Below, piece after piece: positions 10,251 through 18,326 of a stretch of DNA of 64,000 nucleotides. Location of the stretch: assembly GCA_902500055.1 (NCBI GenBank), contig GCA_902500055.1_4131.1, one strand, 5' to 3'. A program made the translations under genes and the position numbers. The notes beneath the pieces are model-generated. The model did no database searches, was not told the DNA's origin, and was given only the letters and a program-made list of their open reading frames with translations. The stretch's first letter is position 1. Each line of letters begins with the position of its first letter. This stretch comes from Escherichia coli. Lineage in GTDB: Bacteria; Pseudomonadota; Gammaproteobacteria; Enterobacterales; Enterobacteriaceae.

Positions 10251-10315
10251 GCCAGTATTTTGTACTGGCATTTTTTTGTCCTAAATATAATAACGATTTA
10301 CATTTGGAGGATACA
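10251..10315 (+). promoter_or_regulatory. Divergent copy of the intergenic cassette
   Basis: Hairpin gccagtattttgtactggc (10251-10269) flanked by an A-run and a T-run. TATAAT at 10286-10291, GGAGGA SD, ATG at 10316. Confidence 0.6.
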
Positions 10316-11468
10316 ATGCTACCCTTTGGAAGAATTATCACATCATCAAAAAAGAACATACAACCTTCTGTAACAAAAATAGCTTCATCTGATACAACAG
10401 TTTTTGCCCTTATGTCAGATGGTACGTTGTACAGTAGAGGCTCTCAAGAGTTTGGGCAAATGGGTATAGGTAATATTATAACACAAACCAAATGGGTTTT
10501 GTGCAATACAAACGTAGAAGATATATGGGTGCGGGTATGAGTCAACCTTAATAAAAAAGAAAGATAATACGATGTGGTACGCTGGAAATGGTGCATCATT
10601 CGGATTATCAACTGATAAGTCAACAACATGGGCTTCTGCAAAGATAGTGTTTGATAGAATAACCGCCCTAGGCAAAACAATAAAACAAATTGCAGTTAGT
10701 GCAGGTGCATTAAGCGTATTATGCACAGACAACACTATATGGAATACGGGCTATGGTAGTTATGGTCAACTGGGAAATGGTAGAAGTACCGATTCACTTT
10801 CATCATTTGTACAAGGAACAGTACCTACTGGAGTAACACCATCCAAAATACTGGCAAATTTTCTTATGCAAGGATTTATTGGAACCGATGGGAGATTGTA
10901 TTATACTGGTGCAATATCAGGCGTAGGTACAACCGACATGACGTTATATTCAAAGTACACGTTATGTTCTCAAATAACTAATACCTATACGGTGAAAGAT
11001 TATACAACAAACTCAAGTTACTTCGCTTTTGCTATAGCAAGTAATAATAGTAGTAATAAATTATTTGCATATCATGGTGGTGGACAATACTTTGGTCAGT
11101 TAGCAAATGGTTCTACATCACAAACATATATTTCGTTAAGACAAACAACACAAGCACCAGGTGATATAATAAGAAGCAGTGTGGGTTATTCATATTTTTC
11201 TAATCATATTATAACTTCATTAGGTGTTTACGCAACTGGTTATAACACAGGCGATAACGCAGGTCAATTAGGTATAGGTACACAAACAGATGTCTCAGCC
11301 TATACCAAATGTGTACTACCAATAGAGATGAATATGAATAACGTATATGTTACAGCAACTTTATACAGAACTTACTTAACCGATGGTATACAAATTTACA
11401 GTACTGGACAATATGTTACAGACGGTGGAGTTGCCAGTACTGTATTTGTCAAAGATTCACCATTTTAG
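10316..11468 (+). pseudogene. RCC1-like paralog 10, reading frame broken by a +1 shift between 10518 and 10540
   Basis: The MLPFGRIITS... frame stops at 10538-10540. The +1 frame is open from 10518 and reads GCGYESTLIKKKDNTMWYAGNG, which continues the paralog alignment to 11468. Confidence 0.6.
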
Positions 11469-12111
11469 GAATATTGTACAAAGTGTATGCGGTTATTTTA
11501 GAACTCTTTTTAAATTCATCGTAAAGATAATTCAAAATTTTGGAGCATTCAATATACTTTTCAATATCTTTATGGATTAATGAGTACTGAAACATTAAAT
11601 CAGATGATATAGTGTAGGTACTACCTTTTAAACTGTTTAAAATATCACAGATTTCAGGGTTTACTGGTACTTCGTCAAAATTATCATCTAAAACATTTAT
11701 TTCAAAATCAAAGCTATCTTTGTTTTTGATTAATTTGATAATAGAATCACCATAAACATTATATTGTTTTAATGGATTTACTACAATGTTAAAAAGATTG
11801 GATGTATTACAATCAATATCCATAAAGTATGTATTATCATTGTACTTAATATTGAAACATCCGTACTCAATAAAATCACCAGGAGTTATTGATGAGTTTC
11901 TTCTCGTTTCAACATAAGAAGCTTTAATTTTGTTTTTATGTAAAAGAGTAATAAATTTCTTAGACTGTTTAGCACCAGCTAAGTAAGTATTATAACTTGG
12001 TCTTTTAAAGATTATAGGACTAGACTTCTCGCCAGAGAAATATTTTTTTATAAATTTACGTTGTTTAACAAAATAGTTTTTATAAAACAAACCTAATTTT
12101 GATTTCATCAT
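11449..12111 (-). CDS. Hypothetical protein, distant member of the F-Q-x-S motif family
   Basis: Intact 220-aa ORF, convergent with the array. Carries the C-terminal motif SDLMFQYSLI. Confidence 0.7.
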   Translation of the reverse strand: MMKSKLGLFYKNYFVKQRKFIKKYFSGEKSSPIIFKRPSYNTYLAGAKQSKKFITLLHKNKIKASYVETRRNSSITPGDFIEYGCFNIKYNDNTYFMDIDCNTSNLFNIVVNPLKQYNVYGDSIIKLIKNKDSFDFEINVLDDNFDEVPVNPEICDILNSLKGSTYTISSDLMFQYSLIHKDIEKYIECSKILNYLYDEFKKSSKITAYTLYNIPKMVNL

Positions 12112-12123
12112 AACTCCTTATAC

Positions 12124-12147
12124 ATCCAGTACTTAATAGTACTGGAT
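12124..12147. other. 10-bp perfect hairpin ATCCAGTACT-taat-AGTACTGGAT
   Basis: Inverted repeat read directly from the sequence. The T-run lies only on the + side, so its role as a minus-strand terminator is doubtful. Confidence 0.5.
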
Positions 12148-12153
12148 TTTTTA

Positions 12154-12525
12154 TTATGACATACGCTTATTATGAATGGAATTATGAATGGATTTTAAAT
12201 AATTATATAATTTTATCAATCCACTACCAGTAGCTACAAACAGTAGTGCTGTTGGTATCATACATCCAAACATGGTTATTAATTCATGTATTTCCATACC
12301 ATCACTATTTGGTCCCACATCAAATATAACAACCAAAACAACACCTAAAATGCTTAGACAATAATATCCCATAAAGACCATAAAAGTGATATATCCGGCA
12401 CTTGATTTAATATTAGATAACATATTATACACTGGATTAATACAGAAGAAGTATAATAACCATACCAGTGTTCCAGTACTGAACATAATAATTGAAATAA
12501 TGGAAAATATCTCACGGTAACTCAT
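12154..12525 (-). CDS. Small multi-pass membrane protein (TM family, cluster 1)
   Basis: Has several hydrophobic segments and a basic tail ...SIHNKRMS. It abuts its neighbour. Confidence 0.7.
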   Translation of the reverse strand: MSYREIFSIISIIMFSTGTLVWLLYFFCINPVYNMLSNIKSSAGYITFMVFMGYYCLSILGVVLVVIFDVGPNSDGMEIHELITMFGCMIPTALLFVATGSGLIKLYNYLKSIHNSIHNKRMS

Positions 12526-12526
12526 A

Positions 12527-12889
12527 TTATTTCCTCATACCCAAACGTTGGTGGATTTCAGAGATCTTTATATACAATAGTACCACAAGGTGCAGTACTA
12601 AACAACATATAATTACGGCTAATACCAATGAACATATCATAAGACCGAAGGTTATTGTATTCAAAGAGGATGTGAACAGTCCAATTATTAATACAATAAA
12701 ACCAAAATTGAATACTGTACCCAACACAGTATATGCTGGACTATATCTCTTTTGGATTACATCATATATATTTGATAATGGTCGCTTATGGAAGTACTTC
12801 CCAATGCACACGAATGCATTCAGTGAGAAGATAAATGTATACGCCATTACTAGTAATTGACCAACGAAAGATAATTCTATCCCGTTCAT
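12527..12889 (-). CDS. Small multi-pass membrane protein (TM family, cluster 1)
   Basis: The start was moved to MNGIELSF (12889), just after the upstream stop at 12891. It is hydrophobic and ends ...HQRLGMRK. Confidence 0.7.
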   Translation of the reverse strand: MNGIELSFVGQLLVMAYTFIFSLNAFVCIGKYFHKRPLSNIYDVIQKRYSPAYTVLGTVFNFGFIVLIIGLFTSSLNTITFGLMICSLVLAVIICCLVLHLVVLLYIKISEIHQRLGMRK

Positions 12890-12890
12890 A

Positions 12891-13259
12891 CTAACCTCGT
12901 TTACGTTTTTTAATTGTACTGTGCATCTTTTCGAAATAGGGAACCAAAACATATTGAACAGTTTGCCAGATAACCATTAGATTATGCACTGCACCACCAA
13001 GGATACCAAACACTAGAACAATAATTGCCATAATAGGATCACCGTCTACCATACCCCATTTAAAGATATGTAAAATCCAAGCAATGACTAGACAAAATAA
13101 ACTAAGCCAATACGTAATGAAAAATCCGGCTTGTAGTTCATAATCATCAGCAATTTCATCGTATACCGTTTCTAAAAATGATACACAAAAGAATTTACCA
13201 ATTATAACCACAGTACTAATAAACAACATAGCAGTTAAGATAATAAGAGCAATTTCCAT
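12891..13259 (-). CDS. Small multi-pass membrane protein (TM family, cluster 1)
   Basis: Hydrophobic segments with a basic tail ...STIKKRKRG. Confidence 0.7.
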   Translation of the reverse strand: MEIALIILTAMLFISTVVIIGKFFCVSFLETVYDEIADDYELQAGFFITYWLSLFCLVIAWILHIFKWGMVDGDPIMAIIVLVFGILGGAVHNLMVIWQTVQYVLVPYFEKMHSTIKKRKRG

Positions 13260-13573
13260 TACATCCCTCGTTTACGCTTTTGATTGCGTCTAAATTCTGT
13301 TAGTCCACGGCTAATCGGCGGCATCAGACTACATAAAAAAGTAACAGTTGTTGGTAGTAACATCAAGTCAATCATTGCAGTGTTATCTGGTGGATCAAAA
13401 ACCAAAAAATACACACAAGAAACACTAATAATGGTTGAACCGATAAAAGGAATACAAAATTCTTTTATCTGTTTTTCAACATAATCAAACATCTTGAGTA
13501 CAAATAAAAATCCAACCCAACACATAATGAAATAGAATGAATACAACGTGTAAATCAATGTTACTATATCCAT
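13259..13573 (-). CDS. Small multi-pass membrane protein (TM family, cluster 1)
   Basis: Hydrophobic with tail ...RRNQKRKRGM. It has a 1-nt start/stop overlap with both neighbours. Confidence 0.7.
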   Translation of the reverse strand: MDIVTLIYTLYSFYFIMCWVGFLFVLKMFDYVEKQIKEFCIPFIGSTIISVSCVYFLVFDPPDNTAMIDLMLLPTTVTFLCSLMPPISRGLTEFRRNQKRKRGM

Positions 13574-13911
13574 TAGTACCTCGCATCAGGAACTTTAGCA
13601 CGTAACTTATGAACGACTGGGAACAACAACAAACTTACATATGCAATAGTTGAACCCCAATAGAATACTAATACAATTGGTTCACCATTAGAACGGAAAC
13701 CTCTACTAATCATTGAGTAGTGAATAATAGGCATAATCATCGCCATACCAAACCATGCGTGTAATTTTAATTGCAGCATGTTATCAGCGATGAATACTGA
13801 AATTGGTCGTTTAAAGAACCACATCAGAAAGTAGAATCCAGCACTAATAATATAGTACATGGTACTAACTTTCATATACCACGGCAGTAAATCAATAAAG
13901 TACTCCATCAT
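13573..13911 (-). CDS. Small 3-TM membrane protein (TM family)
   Basis: WFFKRP motif after TM1. Tail ...HKLRAKVPDARY. Confidence 0.75.
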   Translation of the reverse strand: MMEYFIDLLPWYMKVSTMYYIISAGFYFLMWFFKRPISVFIADNMLQLKLHAWFGMAMIMPIIHYSMISRGFRSNGEPIVLVFYWGSTIAYVSLLLFPVVHKLRAKVPDARY

Positions 13912-14255
13912 TCCTCCGGTATCTTATTTCGAAGTTCAATCATAACACAACAAATTTTAATGGTCAATATAAAAGTTAAACATATCATCCCAAGTGTGCC
14001 GTAAACTGCGGAAAAAGCTGGTAGTACCTTTCCTGTGAGTGTTGCTACAATACATGCAATCAATGTTGATGCAAACAACGATTGATTAATGGCAGAATTC
14101 ATAAAATCTTCACCATTACGTTTATAGAATTGTCGTTTAAAATACCATCCTAGAAACATAACTACCCAAAATGATACATAAGTTGTTAGAATAATCCCTG
14201 CAAGTGAATGTGCAACTGAACTACTCCTTAAAAACTCAAGATAAGCTTCAAACAT
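13908..14255 (-). CDS. Small 3-TM membrane protein (TM family)
   Basis: WYFKRQ motif, tail ...ELRNKIPEE, ATGA overlap with the neighbour. Confidence 0.75.
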   Translation of the reverse strand: MFEAYLEFLRSSSVAHSLAGIILTTYVSFWVVMFLGWYFKRQFYKRNGEDFMNSAINQSLFASTLIACIVATLTGKVLPAFSAVYGTLGMICLTFILTIKICCVMIELRNKIPEE

Positions 14256-14593
14256 TAGAAGTCTCCGCGAATTTTATCTCTACCATGAATAATGAGATGG
14301 ATTAAGTATACAACTAACCAAATGAACAACCCAAAGAATACAATATATTGTGAGATTGAGTTCAAGTGAGGATTGGCACAATAAATTAAGTGTGCCATAA
14401 GACCAACAATTGCAAACAAACCTTGAACTAGTGTGTAAAGAACTAGTGATGAATTCCTTACTGGATACAGTTTAAAAACAATTTTCTTTTTAAAATACCA
14501 CAGTACTACAACCAGTGCATGATAAAAGAAAAAACCAAACAGATAAATCAAAGTAATACTAATCATTGTATCTGAATTAAAAAACTCAAGCAT
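14255..14593 (-). CDS. Small 3-TM membrane protein (TM family)
   Basis: WYFKKK motif. Tail ...HGRDKIRGDF. Confidence 0.75.
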   Translation of the reverse strand: MLEFFNSDTMISITLIYLFGFFFYHALVVVLWYFKKKIVFKLYPVRNSSLVLYTLVQGLFAIVGLMAHLIYCANPHLNSISQYIVFFGLFIWLVVYLIHLIIHGRDKIRGDF

Positions 14594-14622
14594 ATCGTAT
14601 CTCCGGTGGTGAATATTAAGTT

Positions 14623-14651
14623 ATAGTACTACCATAGTGTAGTACTGTCAA
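14623..14651 (-). promoter_or_regulatory. Sigma-70-type promoter TTGACA-N17-TACTAT
   Basis: The reverse complement reads TTGACAgtactacactatggtagTACTAT, upstream of the TM gene cluster. Confidence 0.6.
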
Positions 14652-14660
14652 TACATGTAA

Positions 14661-15434
14661 TTAAATTTTCTCAAGGAACATATTCTCTGCCATTGATTCC
14701 CAATCGTATGGGAATTTATTATACAAACCAGCGATCAGTACTGGCATACGCAGTGATGGACTACGCAAACGTTCTTCGTTGTTCAGCATCCAATTCAGGA
14801 TTGCTTTACAACCATTTTTGTTAACACCATTGTTTTCAAGGATGTTAGTTTTGTTCATGATGTTCTCAATGTGAATCATCACTTCTTCGTTGGTGAACAG
14901 TTGCAGGTCAACAAAGATACTACGAGTGATCAGTGCATCGATGTGTGGTGCTAAGCTGCTTTTACCTTTAGCAATCTGTGACAGGTTTTTGTTAGTCAGA
15001 AAGATTACTTTACCACGGAATTCAAACTGCTTAGGGATACCCTGCTGTTCCAGGTACTTAGCAGAAGTCGCGTAAGAAACTACACGCTTCTCTGACGTAT
15101 CCAACACAGCTTTAAGCAAATCAATATTAGTCTCGTCAGAGAAGATATCAACGTCATCAAGTAACAGTACTGATGCGGCATGACGTGAACGATACAGTGC
15201 TTCGTACAGACCCAAAGTAGTTACTTTACCACTGATTTTCTTGTAGTCGATTTCAAAGTTATCATCAGCTTTCTGTAACCGTTGGTCAACGTTATAAGTT
15301 TTACCAACACCACCTTTACCTGATACGATCAGAGAGTTGATAGAGTTAGCTTGTGTATCAAGAAGGCATTCCAGTGCAGCCATCATGCTATTGAAGTTTT
15401 TTTCGATTTGGATTGCTTTCTCTTGACGGGTCAT
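14661..15434 (-). CDS. P-loop NTPase (AAA-like ATPase)
   Basis: Walker A VSGKGGVGKT and Walker B VLLLDDVD. The SD AAGGAGA precedes the ATG. Confidence 0.8.
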   Translation of the reverse strand: MTRQEKAIQIEKNFNSMMAALECLLDTQANSINSLIVSGKGGVGKTYNVDQRLQKADDNFEIDYKKISGKVTTLGLYEALYRSRHAASVLLLDDVDIFSDETNIDLLKAVLDTSEKRVVSYATSAKYLEQQGIPKQFEFRGKVIFLTNKNLSQIAKGKSSLAPHIDALITRSIFVDLQLFTNEEVMIHIENIMNKTNILENNGVNKNGCKAILNWMLNNEERLRSPSLRMPVLIAGLYNKFPYDWESMAENMFLEKI

Positions 15435-15462
15435 GGTTTGTCTCCTTCGTTTCGATATAGAT

Positions 15463-15494
15463 ATAATAGCAAAAGGGCCGACCTAAGTCAACCC
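15463..15494 (-). promoter_or_regulatory. Composite hairpin element (terminator-like stem with embedded -35 TTGACT) plus TATTAT -10
   Basis: The minus sense reads GGGTTGAC-TTAG-GTCGGCCC followed by TTTTGC. TTGACT (15486-15491), N17, TATTAT (15463-15468). Confidence 0.6.
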
Positions 15495-15504
15495 TTTTTT
15501 TATT

Positions 15505-15864
15505 CTATTCTAACTCACTCATTGTGGTGATAGTTAATCCCATTTCTTCTGCAATGTTGCATAGCAAACCAACTGCATTGCGAAGAATATCAGTGTTATC
15601 CACCGAGAATGATGAGTTTTCATTTACAGTTGAAGACTCAATGTAGTACTCAAAATAACGAGAAGTTGAACGGACAACTTTAACACCTTCATACTTCTGT
15701 AGTTCAGAGTTGATACGCTCGATGAGCGAATCTTCCAGTACTCGATAGTCACCATTCATTCCACGTTTCCATCCATCAGCAGGACGGAAGTAAAACGTCT
15801 TGGTGCGTTGAACAGTACTAATTACCAGTGGATTCAGTTCAGTGATTTCAGATAAAGATGCCAT
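15505..15864 (-). CDS. Hypothetical protein
   Basis: Intact ORF tiling the minus-strand block. I recognise no motif. Confidence 0.7.
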   Translation of the reverse strand: MASLSEITELNPLVISTVQRTKTFYFRPADGWKRGMNGDYRVLEDSLIERINSELQKYEGVKVVRSTSRYFEYYIESSTVNENSSFSVDNTDILRNAVGLLCNIAEEMGLTITTMSELE

Positions 15865-15894
15865 TTCCGATTCCTCATTAGTTGGTGTACATAC

Positions 15895-15923
15895 ATAATA
15901 CAGTTAAATGAGTACGGTGTCAA
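15895..15923 (-). promoter_or_regulatory. Sigma-70-type promoter TTGACA-N17-TATTAT
   Basis: The reverse complement reads TTGACAccgtactcatttaactgTATTAT. Confidence 0.65.
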
Positions 15924-15929
15924 TACCTT

Positions 15930-16199
15930 TTACTCAACAATTCCCAACTTAACAATCTCATACCCATCGAGTTGCCCGTGGGGACACTCAGGTGTTTCAT
16001 AAGATGAACCATCATGGATGTCCTGGCATTGACTTTTGGAATTCTCAAGCAATCGTTGCAGTACTGATACGTCATCAAGAACGTAATACAAGTTAGCATA
16101 TAAGTCCGTTACAATACAGTACTCCAACATGTCAAATGTATCAATCGAAATTTCAACCTTAGCAAATCGTTTCTTTTCTTTATTATACAGTGCGTACAT
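15930..16199 (-). CDS. Hypothetical protein (paralog of 18063..18317)
   Basis: The start was moved to MYALYNKEKK (GGAGA SD 5 nt upstream). It shares the M[FY]AL.NK...YEI..L pattern with 18063..18317. Confidence 0.7.
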   Translation of the reverse strand: MYALYNKEKKRFAKVEISIDTFDMLEYCIVTDLYANLYYVLDDVSVLQRLLENSKSQCQDIHDGSSYETPECPHGQLDGYEIVKLGIVE

Positions 16200-16200
16200 A

Positions 16201-16572
16201 TTAATCTCCATAATCAAGTTTAACCAACTTACCACACAGATACCCAAAGTTTTCTGGCTTCGCATCTGAATAGAAGAAGTCAGTACTTAACTCTGAATCC
16301 AATGCTAAAGCTCACAACTCCACCCAAAATAAACCCCTATGTTGTACTGGCTTACAACGTTTCTGTACAGTTACTAGTCCAGTACATGATGACCACAACG
16401 TAGGGCAGATACCACTATTACTACGCTTGGAGTACTGCATCCACGAACGTTCATTGAGGTTAGCTATCATCCCTGTTAAGAATAGCTTCCAACTTTTAAA
16501 GGTTGGAATCTTGATAGCATATTCCCCAATGAGTATGACAGTTCGTGTTGCACCTTTCAAATCTATATTCAT
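16201..16572 (-). pseudogene. Minimal protein-kinase-like gene interrupted by an in-frame TGA (16312-16314); pseudogene or readthrough
   Basis: The N-terminal part has TRTVILIGEYAIKIP (glycine loop and VAIK-like Lys). After the in-frame TGA the same frame reads ...FFYSDAKPENFGYLCGKLVKLDYGD (catalytic D-x-K-x-x-N and DFG-like DYG). Confidence 0.55.
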
Positions 16573-16583
16573 ATTTTTTTTAA

Positions 16584-16835
16584 TTAGAAGAACACAAACC
16601 AAGTCCAGAATAAATTCCACACTACAAATAAAGACATAGTGGTTTTATGTACAATATCAGCAGTACTGGTCCATCCTCCACCGTGTCCTATTCCATTTAT
16701 GAATAGAACTAAGAACAAGATACCATTTACTACAATAGTACATAGTAAGTACACAAACACATTCCATGCAAGTTCAGGGGATACTAACGTAAATGGTAAA
16801 ACAATTAGTAGTATTAGAACTAATAAAATTTTCAT
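16584..16835 (-). CDS. Small membrane protein
   Basis: 83 aa, almost entirely hydrophobic, with an N-terminal signal/TM segment. Confidence 0.65.
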   Translation of the reverse strand: MKILLVLILLIVLPFTLVSPELAWNVFVYLLCTIVVNGILFLVLFINGIGHGGGWTSTADIVHKTTMSLFVVWNLFWTWFVFF

Positions 16836-16863
16836 TTATCGCCTCACTTAATTAACGTGACAA

Positions 16864-17040
16864 TTAGTACGAATCAGATTCCCAGTACTCGATTGCTTCT
16901 TTCAGCAATTCTTTAGCACGTTGTTTTGCAATGCGAGCGGGAAACTGATATGTGTACATTAACTGACGCTTCACTTCATTCAGCGAAAGCTGTTCATGGT
17001 ACAGTGCATCCATCAGTCGATTACGAGTACGTAGTTTCAT
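16864..17040 (-). CDS. Hypothetical 58-aa protein (below the ORF-track cutoff)
   Basis: My own translation is MKLRTRNRLMDALYHEQLSLNEVKRQL...EYWESDSY. It fills an otherwise empty gap. The + ORF 16926..17129 is antisense to it. Confidence 0.55.
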   Translation of the reverse strand: MKLRTRNRLMDALYHEQLSLNEVKRQLMYTYQFPARIAKQRAKELLKEAIEYWESDSY

Positions 17041-17051
17041 ATAAGTTATCC

Positions 17052-17606
17052 TTATTTCAAAGAATCATAGTAAGCAGTGTCAAAGATTGGAGTCATAATA
17101 ACATAGTCAATACGGTCAATGTAAGTTGAACTCCACATTTCTGGTTTGTCATATAACTGACGCTCGCGTTCATTCATACGAGTCAGTACTTCTTCCAATT
17201 TACTACGTGAAGCCATCAATGTATTACGCGATCCATAAGTGAAGTACTCAGTCCATTGATATTCATATTCAGTACTGATAGATTGAATAGTACCATCTTT
17301 GAAATGAGCTAATGCATAACCTTTCTCTACAAAGTTATCAGGTGGAAGAACACCATCTGGATTAGTTTTCAATGCTTTTTCTAACTTTTCTTTAATTTCA
17401 GTTAACGTGCATACTGAACGAATGTTCTTCAGGTTTGATACTTGAAAATCACTGTACTTTCCAAAGAAAAATACACGCCAATCTTTAGGTTCATTATCAG
17501 ATACGGTAACATCAGGATGATGGGCGAGTAAACGAAGAAGGCCAGCTTTGTGACCGTTAATGTAGATTTCATGGATGTGGTTAGCAGTTTTCTTAAAAGT
17601 AATCAT
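17052..17606 (-). CDS. Hypothetical protein
   Basis: Intact 184-aa ORF with a GAGGAA SD upstream. Confidence 0.75.
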   Translation of the reverse strand: MITFKKTANHIHEIYINGHKAGLLRLLAHHPDVTVSDNEPKDWRVFFFGKYSDFQVSNLKNIRSVCTLTEIKEKLEKALKTNPDGVLPPDNFVEKGYALAHFKDGTIQSISTEYEYQWTEYFTYGSRNTLMASRSKLEEVLTRMNERERQLYDKPEMWSSTYIDRIDYVIMTPIFDTAYYDSLK

Positions 17607-17653
17607 GGTAGTTCCTCGATTGTAGGGATGAGAAGTTCATCCCCTTGATAAGC

Positions 17654-17681
17654 ATTATACAGTACTGAATGTGTTTGTCAA
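17654..17681 (-). promoter_or_regulatory. Consensus sigma-70 promoter TTGACA-N16-TATAAT
   Basis: The reverse complement reads TTGACAaacacattcagtactgTATAAT. Confidence 0.75.
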
Positions 17682-17682
17682 C

Positions 17683-18078
17683 TCAAAATAAATTCATTTC
17701 ATGTGCGTATTGTGGTTCAAGATAAGATAAGTTTTTGAAACTGTCTTTCAATTCCGCATCATCTACGTACACAGTACCAGGTACATTCCCCATAGTGAAG
17801 CCAACCCAAACAGTCATGTTTCCAGTTCCTAAGCGGGGCATTGATAGCGTCCCGTCAGGTGAAACATCAAACGCTACACTAAAGTCATCCGTTACAACTT
17901 CCGACCCATTTTCCAGAATAATACAACCACGTTCTTTAAGCTTCTGAATGTGGATAGCAGCCTCTACAGCACGTTTAAAGTTATAATAAGACTCTTTATC
18001 CTCGAACATTGATTGTTTAACCAGACGCTTGTTTAGCTCGGTTACTTTGTGCATTTGACGCATTACTTCAACTCCCAC
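17683..18078 (-). CDS. Hypothetical protein
   Basis: Intact 131-aa ORF in the tiling. Confidence 0.7.
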   Translation of the reverse strand: MGVEVMRQMHKVTELNKRLVKQSMFEDKESYYNFKRAVEAAIHIQKLKERGCIILENGSEVVTDDFSVAFDVSPDGTLSMPRLGTGNMTVWVGFTMGNVPGTVYVDDAELKDSFKNLSYLEPQYAHEMNLF

Positions 18079-18317
18079 AGTTGTAGAATTTCATAAGAGC
18101 CTGGTGGTGCTGGATTGATAATCTCAGGGTATTCAGTACTGTTAGGATTACCACCAGCATTGAACTCAGCAAGTAATAATTCGAGTTCATTCCTATCATG
18201 AACAACAAACACGCAATATCCAGTTCCTTCTTCAAGAACTGTAGTTGATCCCGCACAATCCCATACGGTATCAATACATAATAATTCTTTAGTGTTTTTA
18301 TTACGCAACGCAAACAT
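18063..18317 (-). CDS. Hypothetical protein (paralog of 15930..16199)
   Basis: Intact 84-aa ORF. The overlapping 137-aa ORF 18068..18481 has low-complexity composition and was rejected. Confidence 0.7.
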   Translation of the reverse strand: MFALRNKNTKELLCIDTVWDCAGSTTVLEEGTGYCVFVVHDRNELELLLAEFNAGGNPNSTEYPEIINPAPPGSYEILQLWELK

Positions 18318-18326
18318 ATATGTCTC

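Noticed and set aside
847-10315. The regularly repeated, near-identical intergenic sequences could be mistaken for a CRISPR-like or tandem-repeat array.
   Set aside because: The repeat spacing is about 0.7-2.3 kb and the intervening DNA consists of full-length paralogous genes. The repeats resolve into a terminator hairpin, a -10 box and an SD. No cas genes are present.
175-11580. Short alternative-frame or antisense track ORFs inside the RCC1 genes (for example 175..369, 285..518, 3454..3636, 5499..5873, 7261..7549, 7834..8296, 10415..10735, 11383..11580).
   Set aside because: Each is nested in a longer ORF with clear repeat motifs. Their compositions are odd and none has an SD.
16312-16314. 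The in-frame TGA in the kinase-like gene as evidence for an alternative genetic code (TGA = Trp/Gly) or selenocysteine.
   Set aside because: TGA terminates many other genes here, including the ATGA-coupled ones. I saw no SECIS-like hairpin and no suppressor tRNA in the window. I kept it as a readthrough-or-pseudogene question only.
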